Of a stretch of 64,000 nucleotides of DNA, positions 39,358 to 49,612 are shown one piece after another; the first letter of the stretch is position 1, and every line of letters begins with the position of its first letter. Location of the stretch: the NCBI GenBank assembly GCA_963776275.1, contig CAVZMI010000015.1:110984-174983 (forward strand). The letters run 5' to 3'. The position numbers and the translations under genes were made by a program. The notes beneath the pieces were generated by a model. That model was given only the letters and a program-made list of their open reading frames with translations. It ran no database searches and was not told where the DNA came from. Origin of the DNA: Ignavibacteriota bacterium (GTDB taxonomy: Bacteria; Bacteroidota; Ignavibacteria; UBA10030; CAVZMI01).

Positions 39358-39979
39358 ATGGACAAAACAATGGACAAAACAACTTTAACACCTGAAGAAA
39401 GTCTCTTGTTAATAACAAAGACAATAGAAGAGACTAAAAAAAGATTTGAAGAAAATGGCTTCATTATTATTATTTTGGGGCATACTTATCTTTTATTGTA
39501 TCACTAAGTCAGTTTGTACTCACAAAACTGGGAATAAACAAGATCGTTTATATAGAAAATTATACAATTCGTAACTGGACTGTTATTTTATACCCGTTGT
39601 TTGGTGGGATAATACATTTAATATATGTTAAAAAAACATAAAAAAAATTACCCAAAACCATCATAGGAAAGATCATTGGAGCAATGGGTTGGTGATGGTT
39701 CTGAATTTTATGATATTAGGTTTTTTCTTTGGGGACACACTTGGTGGACGCCTTATCCCTATATTTTTAATTTTACTTGCCTTCTGGTGCATAATCAATG
39801 GAGTTTCAATTAGTTTTAAACCGCTTATAATTGGAGGTATTCTGTTAAATTTGATTGGATTTGCTGCTTTTCATATCAACTGGCAATACCAGCCGTTAAT
39901 GCTTACAGCAGGATCATTAGTAGCTTTAATAATTCCGGGTATATTACTCAACAAAAACAAAAAACAGGAAAATGTTTAA
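39358..39979 (+). CDS. membrane protein (split by indels)
   Basis: LTPEESLLLITKTIEETK start and LIIPGILLNK end; typical partner of the downstream winged-helix gene. Confidence 0.7.
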
Positions 39980-40261
39980 AGATTTAGACCCATATTACAC
40001 TCGCAGCTTCGTTTGTCAATAGTCTCTATTTTAATGACAGTTGATGAAGCCAATTTTAGTTTTATAAAAGAAACTACTAAGGCTGCAGCCGGCAATATAA
40101 GTATCCAAATAAAAAAATTACAGGAGGCGGGATATGTTAAAGTAAAAAAAACTTTCAAAAATAATTATCCAAATACTACTATATCAATAACAAGTAAAGG
40201 AATAGAAGCATTTGAGGACTATGTAAATAATCTTAAAAAATATATAAATCCCCAAAAATAA
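39972..40261 (+). CDS. winged-helix transcriptional regulator (HTH_34/ArsR-like); one-base deletion near the start
   Basis: MFKDLDP(L)LHSQLRLSIVS...GNISIQIKKLQEAGYV...TSKGIEAF. Confidence 0.85.
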
Positions 40262-40310
40262 TTTTTTTACCAAAATGGTTAATATTATTAACTACTTAAA
40301 AGGATTAATT

Positions 40311-41309
40311 ATGAAAACTACAATATTTATCTTAATGATTTCCATCCTGATGGAATTAAGTTGTGCTCAAAATAACTCGCAAAAGGTTGATGGGCAGATT
40401 CTGAAAAATACATTTAGTAAAGACGACATCCAGGCATTAAACTTCTATCGTCAATATAGTTCGTTTACCGATCCGGGAGAATATAAATATTTGTATAAAA
40501 ATCTGCCTGATTCATTACCGGAGCTTTGCAGTTTAATAAGATCCCAGTTTATTCATCCCTATGAGGAATTGCCAAAATATCGTGAACAAATTCCCAAAGA
40601 GAGATGGGATGAAACATTAAAGTATCCAACAGTTAAATCGATTTTGAAGGGTCTTTTATCCTATGACTCCAGGGGTTTAGTGAAAGATCGGAAACCTGAA
40701 AACCGATTAGTACTTGCTTGCCGGGAAAATGCAATTTTACTGGCGTCAATATTAAAATATCGTGGCATTCCGGCCAGGGTTCGTGGTGGTTATGCTACTT
40801 ATTTAATTCCTGACTTTCATACGAATCACGCAATTTGTGAAGTATGGAATGAAAATGACAAGCGTTGGATGCTTGTTGACCCTAGCACAGGTATGATTGA
40901 TTTCAGCAGAGATAAATTTGACTTTAGTAACGATGCATGGTTAAAAATGCAAAAGAAGGAAATAGATCCAAACTTATTTGGGATGCCTGGCCAACATCCG
41001 GGAGTTCTTTCGATAATTGCGATAGTTTGTACTGATCTGGCATTCATATTGGGTACTGAATATACTATTTATCAATATGCACCAATATTGGATTATGCCT
41101 TTCAAAACAATAATCAACTAACTTCAAAACATATAGAAACCCTAAACAGAATAAGTGAATTAATGAAATCGCTTGATGCCGATAACCTTTCGAAATTACA
41201 AGATATTTATAACAATACACCTGAAATTCAAATTACAAAGACATTTGAATCTGATACAAAAAAATCAGAAAATTCGAAAATAACGCGAAGGCTAAAAATA
41301 CTTCAATAA
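40311..41309 (+). CDS. transglutaminase-like lipoprotein, N-terminal part of a probable fusion
   Basis: Lipobox LSC; ACRENAILL, GIPARVRGG, HAICEVW, WMLVD (Cys-His-Asp). Confidence 0.8.
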   Translation: MKTTIFILMISILMELSCAQNNSQKVDGQILKNTFSKDDIQALNFYRQYSSFTDPGEYKYLYKNLPDSLPELCSLIRSQFIHPYEELPKYREQIPKERWDETLKYPTVKSILKGLLSYDSRGLVKDRKPENRLVLACRENAILLASILKYRGIPARVRGGYATYLIPDFHTNHAICEVWNENDKRWMLVDPSTGMIDFSRDKFDFSNDAWLKMQKKEIDPNLFGMPGQHPGVLSIIAIVCTDLAFILGTEYTIYQYAPILDYAFQNNNQLTSKHIETLNRISELMKSLDADNLSKLQDIYNNTPEIQITKTFESDTKKSENSKITRRLKILQ

Positions 41310-41353
41310 ATAAACCAGATATTGAATTTGTAGATATACCAGGAGGTACATTT

Positions 41354-42004
41354 ATGATGGGAAGCCCTGTTACCGAGCAGGGAAGAAAAGATGACGAGAT
41401 ACAACATCAAGTTACACTGAGCGCTTTTAAAATGAGTAAATATCCTATCACCTTTGAGCAATACGATTTATTTTGTGACGCGACAGGAAGAACTAAACCC
41501 TGGGGACGTGAACAGGGAAATATTCCGGTTTCACGGGTTACCTGGTATGATGCGGCTGCATTTGCCGAGTGGATGGGTTGCAGGCTGCCAACTGAAGCAG
41601 AATGGGAATATGCAGCTCGTGCAAATACAACCACTCCTTTTTACACTGGTGATTGCCTGACATCTGATCAAGCAAATTTTAATGGGGAAGAACCTTATAC
41701 AAATTGTGCTAAAAGTGAAAACAGAAATAAACCATTGCCAGTGGGTAGTTTTCCACCCAATGCCTTTGGATTATATGATATGCATGGTAATATATTGCAA
41801 TGGTGCAATGATTGGTATGGTGAATACAACGTAAATGAAAAAATAAATCCGAAAGGACCTGAAAAGGGAGCCAATAAAATAATTCGCGGTGGCGGCTGGC
41901 ATAACGCGGCATGGGAATGTCGGTCAGCCTATCGAGGAGGAGTAGGTCTTTATCCAGGAACCAGAGGTACGGGTATTGGTTTTAGGATAGTGAAAGATAA
42001 ATAA
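41354..42004 (+). CDS. formylglycine-generating-enzyme (SUMF1/FGE-sulfatase) domain protein
   Basis: FMMGSP, RLPTEAEWEYAAR, NAFGLYDMHGN, RGGGW, GFRIV. Confidence 0.9.
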   Translation: MMGSPVTEQGRKDDEIQHQVTLSAFKMSKYPITFEQYDLFCDATGRTKPWGREQGNIPVSRVTWYDAAAFAEWMGCRLPTEAEWEYAARANTTTPFYTGDCLTSDQANFNGEEPYTNCAKSENRNKPLPVGSFPPNAFGLYDMHGNILQWCNDWYGEYNVNEKINPKGPEKGANKIIRGGGWHNAAWECRSAYRGGVGLYPGTRGTGIGFRIVKDK

Positions 42005-42022
42005 TAATCAAAAAGAAACTAT

Positions 42023-42868
42023 ATGATTGATGTTTCAAACCTAAGAAAAACATTCGATACCATTGAGGCGTTGAAAGGTATTTCATTCAACATTCAACAA
42101 GGTGAATGTTATGGACTTTTGGGTCCCAATGGTGCAGGTAAAACAACTACGATCTCCATCATGAGTACAATAGTAGAACCAAATGAAGGAGAAGTGAGAA
42201 TTGCCGGATATGATTTGAAGAAGAATCCGTTGGAATGCAAGAAAAACATTGGCGTTGTTACACAGGAAATAGCACTTTATAATGAGCTCTCGGCATATGA
42301 TAACTTACTATTTTGGGGAGGCTTATATAATGTTCCGAAACCGGAATTAACTAAGCGTATTGATGAAACAGTAAACCTGCTCGGACTGACCGACAGGAAG
42401 AATGATAAGGTAAAAACCTATTCCGGTGGAATGAAACGCAGAATTAATATCGCTTCTGCATTGCTTCACAGGCCTAAAGTTCTGTTTATGGATGAACCTA
42501 CTGTGGGTATTGACCCTCAGAGCCGGAATTTGATTTTTGAAGTGGTGGAAAAGCTGCATAAAGAGGGAATGACAATTGTTTATACCACTCATTATATGGA
42601 AGAGGCTGAGCGTTTGTGCGATCGTATCGGAATTATTGACAATGGAGAAATCATTGCGCAGGGAACATTGGATGAATTAAGGACATCAGGTTCGATGAAA
42701 GAAACCGTTGTAATCTCTTATACAAATCTTACAGATGAACGTTACAATACAATAGAAAAAGAATGGAATGATCTCCAACGTTTTGAAGACACGATACATT
42801 TTTATTCCATGAATATTCAGGGTGATTTATCAAAAATAATATTGAAGTGCAATGACGTTTGGTCTTGA
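42023..42868 (+). CDS. ABC-2 type exporter ATP-binding protein (C-terminus frameshifted to about 42950)
   Basis: GPNGAGKTT, YSGGMKRR, MDEPTVGIDP, TTHYMEEA. Confidence 0.93.
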   Translation: MIDVSNLRKTFDTIEALKGISFNIQQGECYGLLGPNGAGKTTTISIMSTIVEPNEGEVRIAGYDLKKNPLECKKNIGVVTQEIALYNELSAYDNLLFWGGLYNVPKPELTKRIDETVNLLGLTDRKNDKVKTYSGGMKRRINIASALLHRPKVLFMDEPTVGIDPQSRNLIFEVVEKLHKEGMTIVYTTHYMEEAERLCDRIGIIDNGEIIAQGTLDELRTSGSMKETVVISYTNLTDERYNTIEKEWNDLQRFEDTIHFYSMNIQGDLSKIILKCNDVWS

Positions 42869-42946
42869 TATCCGGCATATTGATATCAAAAAGATTAACC
42901 TTGAAACCATATTTTTAAGTTTAACCGGAAAAAAACTAAGAGACAA

Positions 42947-43744
42947 ATGATAAAACTAGTTAAGAAAGATCTGAAATTATTCTTCAGTAATAGGCAAGAC
43001 ATGATGCTTACTTTTGTATTGCCCATAATATTTATTACCCTGTTTGCTTTTGTTTTCGGGAAAATGAACAATTCTGAAGAAAATCATTTAGTGAGTCTTG
43101 TTCACTCGGTGGCAGGTACATCAGTAATGATGCTATTATTTTCAGTAGCTGGAATAGGTGGAAGTTTTTTGGATGAAAAGCAGGAAGGTATGTTGAAGAA
43201 GTTACTTTGCTCACCCATACCTCCTAACTATATCCTTTTTGGGAAATTGGTATTTGCTAATATCATTTCCATTATTCAGCTGTCAATCATGTTTATTTAC
43301 GCCTGGCTGTTTTTTGGCTTAGACATTATGCACCATCTCCCTTCTCTTATACTTATAATTTTAACAATGGCATTTGCTTGTTCCGGTTTTGGTATAGTTC
43401 TTGCCTCATTTGCTAAAACACGCCAACAAGTTCAGGGATTTTCATCAATAATTGTACTTATTATGAGTGGTATTGGAGGTAGTATGATCCCTATATTTGT
43501 AATGCCTGAAATTATGCAAAAGATAGCTGTTTTTACAGTTAATTATTGGGCGATACAGGGGATTTATGACATCTTCTGGAAGCTTGTTCCGATTAACAGA
43601 TATTACATTCTTATCAAGAGTTTTTGTTTTAATTGGCATTGGAACTTTATTGAATTTCATAGCTCTTCAGATGTACAAGAGAAATATTTTAAAGATTGTT
43701 TAAATGGGCAAAAAAGTGCTGGCTATAACATCGTGTATAAGTAA
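42947..43744 (+). CDS. ABC-2 type exporter permease (C-terminal frameshift)
   Basis: TM helices, EKQEGMLKKLL, GGSMIPIFVMP. Confidence 0.88.
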   Translation: MIKLVKKDLKLFFSNRQDMMLTFVLPIIFITLFAFVFGKMNNSEENHLVSLVHSVAGTSVMMLLFSVAGIGGSFLDEKQEGMLKKLLCSPIPPNYILFGKLVFANIISIIQLSIMFIYAWLFFGLDIMHHLPSLILIILTMAFACSGFGIVLASFAKTRQQVQGFSSIIVLIMSGIGGSMIPIFVMPEIMQKIAVFTVNYWAIQGIYDIFWKLVPINRYYILIKSFCFNWHWNFIEFHSSSDVQEKYFKDCLNGQKSAGYNIVYK

Positions 43745-43854
43745 TGGCGGGGTTTATAGCGTATTTAACGTCTCGTTTAGCAGCGTAGGTCTGTAACGTG
43801 TGATACGGACGCAGCTCTGAAGTCCCTTACTGTTCCTACCGTCGACCGTTAGTC
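43723..43854 (+). repeat. attC-like imperfect inverted repeat
   Basis: ctataac ... gttagtc termini with imperfect internal complementarity, right after the last island gene. Confidence 0.5.
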
Positions 43855-44155
43855 GCAATTTCACGCCAAGCAATTGGTACTTTACAAACATTATAACTAT
43901 GGAAGAAAATTTTTTCATTAGAGATAGTTCACATATCGGATACTGTTCATTTAACCAAAATACAAAATCCCCCAAAACATCTGGAGGAATTTTCACTCAA
44001 TTCTTCAATCTTCAATCTTCCCGCCTACGCTAAAGCTTCGGCGGGTGAACCGGGCATTATCAATCTTCATTCTTTCCGTCCAAAAAACATGGCGGATTTC
44101 GTTCAGCCCGCCTATGGCGGGCTTCACTCAACAATCTTAAATCTTCAATCATTTG

Positions 44156-44229
44156 TACCGGGGGAGGGATTCGAACCCACGACCTACGGATTATGATTCC
44201 GACGCTCTAACCAGCTGAGCTACCCCGGC
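44156..44229 (-). tRNA. tRNA-Met (CAT), probably elongator; CCA not encoded
   Basis: GCCGGGGTAGCTCAGCTGGTTAGAGCGTCGGAATCATAATCCGTAGGTCGTGGGTTCGAATCCCTCCCCCGGTA cloverleaf. Confidence 0.93.
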
Positions 44230-44420
44230 ATTGAATTGCGATGATGAAAAATGGCGTCATTCAACGACGCCATTCATATGACCGGAAAAAAGATAAGGAA
44301 AATATACTCGAAAAGCAATGGAGAAATGCCGTTCGAAAACAACTCCGGCTCTCGTGCATCCTCAAGGACAGAGGCAATTCAGAGGAGATGGTCAAAGGCT
44401 GTCTTTGCTCTCAATAAATG

Positions 44421-44704
44421 TTCCGGGGGAGGGATTCTCCGCCACGACTGATGATACGAGAAGGCGGATGCCTGCCCGCCGCTCCGCTCTTGCAGGCGGG
44501 CGCCTCTGGCGCAGAACACTGGGCTGCCTTCTGCAGCCCAGTACTGCTCGTCCCTCAAGGGACTTGCTGCCCACGACCGGAGTTTATCCCGCCGTTATTT
44601 GGCGGGAGATTATGATTCCGACCTGTCCCGATTGCTCTTGATCGGGACGCTCTAACCAGCTGCCTGCCCGCCGTGCTTCATCTTTTGGCGGGAGCTACCC
44701 CGGC
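44421..44704 (-). pseudogene. second tRNA-Met(CAT) copy interrupted by five palindromic insertions
   Basis: Six colinear blocks covering 70 of 74 nt of the 44156-44229 tRNA with one substitution. Confidence 0.85.
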
Positions 44705-44893
44705 GCCTACTTTTCAATATAAAAAATAAATCCTTCGGTTGCAATCTATCTATAGTCTGCCATCTCCACGTTGCCAAATACTCTATAGATAATACTGACA
44801 CACTATATGTCAAATAGAAAAATTGGTTCCTGGGCATTATAGGGTATCCGAAAACCGACATTATTAATTGATTCTAAATGCATATTTTCATTC

Positions 44894-44966
44894 CTTTCTA
44901 AGAAAGGAATATGTCGAATTCTATCTCTTAATTTCAATCCTGTTTTGGTATGCTAGGCTTTGAAAC
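44894..44966 (+). repeat. conserved leader-like repeat, copy 1
   Basis: Near-identical to 53095-53171. Confidence 0.7.
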
Positions 44967-45154
44967 TATGTACAGCATTTTACAAAGCATGACATCTTCG
45001 TCGGGGTTTCTGTGGAACACATAATTGCTGTTTTAAGCCGAAGCCTTTTGCGATGTCCTGTCACGCTTCGGCACTCAGTCATCCTGACCAGCGCAATCTT
45101 CGGACTTTCTGGAACTCTCTATTTACAGGAAATTCCTAAGAAAGGAAGGAGAAT

Positions 45155-45805
45155 TTGATGATTTATAAAAGGAAAAAAAAGGAATCTCGAGCCGCTTCTA
45201 TACTTGGATATCCTGCTTCTTCACAGAATCTACTACCGATCGAACTGCCGAGGCCCACACTTGATCGTGGTAAATCAGTATTAAAAGCATTACAGCAAAG
45301 AAAAACTATCCGTGAAATAAGTGATAAAAAACTTACTTTGCAAGTACTTTCAAATCTCCTCTGGGCAGCATGCGGAGTAAATCGTAAAAAAGGTCCGTTT
45401 GGAATTCCTGGAAGAACTGCTGCTTCAGCAAGTAACTCACAGGAAATTGATCTTTATGTTGCCATTCAGGAAGGAATTTATTTATATGATGCATTTCATC
45501 ACAGGCTGGTTCCAGTTGTTGCGGGTGACCTGCGTACCCTGGCAATTGGTCATGGCCAGGCGAATTTTGTAGCTAAGGCTCCGGTTCATCTCATTTACAT
45601 TGTGGATGTCAATAAACTTTCCAATACATCCGGTTATCAGGAACCTGGATTGCAAGATCCTGAAATTCAAAAATCATATTATTATGTTGATACAGGTCTC
45701 ATTGCAGGCAACGTATATTTGTTTGCTGCTTCTCAAGGTCTGGCGTCATGGTTCCATAATTGCAATAAATCCGGTCTTACAGCAAAATTAAAATTGCGTG
45801 CCTGA
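45155..45805 (+). CDS. nitroreductase family protein (SagB-like); C-terminus frameshifted to about 45855
   Basis: ALQQRKTIRE, LSNLLWAA, RTAASASNSQEI, DTGLIAGNVYLFAAS. Confidence 0.88.
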   Translation: MMIYKRKKKESRAASILGYPASSQNLLPIELPRPTLDRGKSVLKALQQRKTIREISDKKLTLQVLSNLLWAACGVNRKKGPFGIPGRTAASASNSQEIDLYVAIQEGIYLYDAFHHRLVPVVAGDLRTLAIGHGQANFVAKAPVHLIYIVDVNKLSNTSGYQEPGLQDPEIQKSYYYVDTGLIAGNVYLFAASQGLASWFHNCNKSGLTAKLKLRA

Positions 45806-45947
45806 CCAGCGGGTACTCTTTGGCCAGACAGTTGGATATCCTGTTAGGAAATAATAAAATTAGCTCTTTCCGGAATATTGGGAAAATCTACCAGTCAAAT
45901 ATAGATCTCGATTCACGGAAATAAAAAAATAATGCAGGAGATTTCAA

Positions 45948-46703
45948 ATGGAGATTTCAGGAAATACCGTATTAATTACGGGTGGGGCGACGGGTATAGG
46001 TTATGCAATGGCCGAATCTTTCTTGGAAGCGAAGAATGAAGTCATTATTTGTGGTCGTAGGAAAGAAAAACTTCTTGAAGCCCAAAAAAAACATCCGAAT
46101 TTCCATATTAAAGTATGTAATGTAGCCGAAGAAGCGGATCGAAGAACACTGGTGGAATGGATAACTACCAGCTTCAGCAATTTGAACATTCTGGTGAACA
46201 ATGCCGGTGTGCAAAGGGATATTGATTTCACGAAAGGTATTGCCGAGTTTCTGGCCGGAGAAAATGAAATCAAAATCAATTTGGAAGCCCCGATAGTTCT
46301 ATCCGGACTGTTTATTCCATATTTGACCGGAAAGAAAGGAGCTGCCATCATCAATGTTTCATCCGGATTGGGTTTTGTGCCTGCTGCCCGAATGCCGGTA
46401 TATAGTGCGACCAAAGCCGGGATGCACGCTTTTTCAATGGCGCTAAGACAGCAACTTTTAAAACTTGGGATCAAAGTTTTTGAGGTGGTTCCGCCGGCGG
46501 TTGATACGGAATTAAACCCGGAAGGAAGAGCTAAAAGAGGAAATTTTAAAGTGGATCTAAAGCCTGAGGAATTTGTGGCCTCGGTAATGAAAGGTATCAA
46601 AAATGACGTATTCGAAATAGGTTATGGGATGACGGAAGGAACTATCAAAGCGTCCAGAGCAGAGTTGGACAAAAGCTTTCAACAGATGAATAGTCGGTGG
46701 TAA
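45948..46703 (+). CDS. short-chain dehydrogenase/reductase (DltE-like)
   Basis: TGGATGIG, NNAG, YSATK, PPAVDT. Confidence 0.93.
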   Translation: MEISGNTVLITGGATGIGYAMAESFLEAKNEVIICGRRKEKLLEAQKKHPNFHIKVCNVAEEADRRTLVEWITTSFSNLNILVNNAGVQRDIDFTKGIAEFLAGENEIKINLEAPIVLSGLFIPYLTGKKGAAIINVSSGLGFVPAARMPVYSATKAGMHAFSMALRQQLLKLGIKVFEVVPPAVDTELNPEGRAKRGNFKVDLKPEEFVASVMKGIKNDVFEIGYGMTEGTIKASRAELDKSFQQMNSRW

Positions 46704-46740
46704 ATCTGTGTAGAAAATTTTTAAGCAACCAACAAAAACA

Positions 46741-46816
46741 ATCCCGACTGGTCGGGACACAGAGTGGTCACTTCGACCACTCGACTGAGCTCGCGGCAAG
46801 CAAGCTCAGTGCAGGC
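46741..46816. repeat. cluster of nested REP-like palindromes
   Basis: tcccgactggtcggga; gagtggtc...gaccactc; ctgagct...agctcag. Confidence 0.6.
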
Positions 46817-46940
46817 TTTTTGTCAATTGTGCGTCGTTTCTTGCCCATTGATGCCTCCTTTGATCCATAATATACTTTTTACTAAATTCAAAATGGATCA
46901 CTTTTTGGGGGACAGGTTACATCATGAAAGGATAATCTCA

Positions 46941-49479
46941 TTGAAAAAGTTAATATTGGTATTACTATTTTTACATCCATTGAAATTATGTGCCGTTCTT
47001 CCAGTTGATAATGCTGAGACTGGTACTAATACAAATACTCTGGGAGGTGCATGGATAACATTCAATGATGAATTCTCTTCGACAGTTTTTACTCCGAATG
47101 TATCCCCGGGTTATACAGGAACGTACTGCAGATTATTTGAATGGATGTTTAATGCAGGTAGTTCTGAGACCTTTTGCCGGAGCTTCAACAGGCCTGAATT
47201 CCAACTGGACTGGAGTTGATTTAAGCCAATATTTCGGTGTGAGGTTTTATGCAAGGGGAAACGGCAGATACGACATTAGTCTTGCCACAAACCAGACTCG
47301 TGCTGATAATAACCACTATGTTAAAGCAATTAATTTAACTTCTGAGTGGAAGTTATATGAACTTCCATTTTCGCAATTTGCTCAAACATGGGGGCCACCA
47401 AAACCTTGGGATTCTTCAACCGTTTTTGCAGTCGGATTTAACGCAGTTGCTTCCTATGGTATGAGCGGACAAATATGGATAGACGATATTGAATTTTATC
47501 TTGCATCGGAAGCTCATCAAATTACTGACCCAAATGTTATTATTCTAGAACCAAAGGTGAACCAGTTAGGATACTTGCCTGGTGAAAAAAAATATTTTTG
47601 TATCGTATCGGATATTGCTTCAGTCGGGGATACATTTCATATCCTCAATTCTTCTAATGATACTGTCTTAACCGGGACAATATCCGGTACACCAATTAAC
47701 GATACTGCCTCAACAGGGGAAAATGTTTGGAAGGTTGATTTTTCCAGTCTTAATATTTCTGAAAATTATATTATAAAAATGAACAATAGAGAAAGTTATC
47801 AATTTCAAATAGGAGATAGCGTCTATAATAATCTCTTTAAGGATGCCTTGAGGTGTTTCTACCTTATTCGATGCGGGTTGGCTGAAAACGATCCTGTAAC
47901 GGGAATTAATAGACCCGCATGTCATTTAAATGATGCAAAGATTAGAGCAGGTTCAGGCAGTATAGATGCTACTGGTGGATGGCACAACGCTTGTGATAAA
48001 GGAAAATTTGTCAACGAAACAGCAATCAGTATCGCCTATATGCTGTGGCTTTATGAATTAAGAGGAAACGTTTTAAAAGATCTTAATATCGATATTCCTG
48101 AATCCAGTAATGGAATTTCAGATCTCTTGAATGAGGCAAGATGGGGATTAACCTGGCTGCTTAAAATGCAGAAACCAGACGGGACAGTTTATCATAAAGT
48201 TGATAGCGAGCCTTATCTTTATTATTGTCCCGATCAGGCGCCGGATATGGATCCTTATGATAGTTACCGATTTGCTGAGTTCCAGAAAAGTGACGAACCA
48301 CAAACACCTTCTACAATTGATGCTGCTGATTTTACAGGAGTAATGTCTCAAGCTGCAAGAGTATTCAAAGATATAGATAGCTCTTTTGCAGCAGTATGTC
48401 TTAATGCTGCCCAAAAATCATGGACATGGGTTAGTAGTAATACAAATATTGGACAGAGCGATCCTTATTATGTCGACCCGGTACCATGGCAGGAATATTT
48501 ATGGGCTAAAGGTGAAATGGCAAGAACTTTAAACAGCGGTGTTTTACGTTCGGAATTTAGTGCTGATATAGATACAGTATCGCTTACATCCGGAGGGTGG
48601 GGAGAGCCGCAGCTTTTTGGTTATCTGGCGCTTTATCATGACAGCAATACAGATGCTGCACTTAAAGATAAAATAAGATCCAAATTTGTTTCTTTGTGTA
48701 ATTCAATTGTAACGATATCGGAGAACAGCGGTTATGGCGTAGCTCTCCAGTCGTGGGAGTATTGGTGGGAATCGAACGAGAATATTATGAATAAAGGTAA
48801 CTTACTCCTATTCGGTTACAATATGACAGGTAATAGTGTCTACAAGGATGCAGCTCTCAGGCAATTAAACTATATACTCGGTCTAAACAGCTTGAATAAA
48901 TCTTTTGTTATGTGCCATGGAAGCAATCCGATGATGCATCCGTTTCATTGGATTTATAATGTTTATGGAAAATCTATACCGGGATGGACTGCAGGGGGTG
49001 CGAACAGTTATGGAGGCGATGTCTTTCTGTCTGAACTTATACTTGCTGGGACTCCAAAAGCAAAATGTTATGCAGACAAATCGGAATGTGGACTGGGATC
49101 GTGGGCAAGTAATGAAGGTGAAACATGCGAAAATGCTGCTTTGGTTTTCCTTTCAGGATACTTTTACAAAGGCAGCGGCAATCCGAATGATGTACGAACA
49201 GGTTTAAATATTCCATTGGAGTATTCCCTATCTCAGAATTTTCCAAACCCTTTCAATCCAAGCACTACAATTAGTTTTTCCCTACCACACTCCGTCCATG
49301 TGGAGTTAAAGATTCTTAATATTTTAGGACAAGTTGTCGCTACACTGGTTGACCAGAATTATTCTCCAGGTTACTATAGTTTTAAATGGAATGCTGACAA
49401 CCTTGCGAGCGGCATTTACATATATCGCCTTCATGCGGGCGAGTTTGTAAATTCAAAAAAACTTATACTACTGAGATAG
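46941..49479 (+). CDS. glycoside hydrolase family 9 with N-terminal CBM11/CIA30-like domain and T9SS C-terminal domain (frameshift near 47170)
   Basis: TTG start with AAAGGA SD and signal peptide; VNQLGYLP, GGWHNACD, YILGLN, NE catalytic motif, QNFPNPFNP. Confidence 0.88.
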
Positions 49480-49585
49480 AGACGGCAACTGAAACTAACA
49501 GGTGTGGTTACGTCTGTATGTCTTTTGACCAATTCATACCACTTAGGTTTTAATTTAATAGAGACTTATAAAGAGTCCCACCATG

Positions 49586-49612
49586 CGGCAGCTCTAGTTA
49601 GGGCTGCCGTTT
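49586..49612 (+). terminator. possible intrinsic terminator after GH9
   Basis: cggcagctct-agtt-agggctgccg hairpin followed by ttt. Confidence 0.35.

Noticed and set aside
41354-42004. FGE/CLec-domain gene as a diversity-generating retroelement target
   Set aside because: No reverse transcriptase and no template repeat matching its 3' end seen in the window
44156-44229. tRNA(CAT) as initiator fMet or Ile2
   Set aside because: It has a paired G1:U72 and lacks the three consecutive G:C anticodon-stem pairs of fMet. Elongator Met is preferred, although Ile2 cannot be fully excluded without tRNAscan-SE isotype models.
44251-44861. Short overlapping ORFs across the interrupted tRNA region
   Set aside because: GC-rich palindromes suppress stop codons; no protein motifs; the tRNA-plus-insert reading explains the sequence
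44931-44966. 36-nt atttcaatcc...ttgaaac unit as a CRISPR repeat
   Set aside because: Only two copies 8 kb apart with shared upstream flank, no spacers and no cas genes; treated as a leader motif
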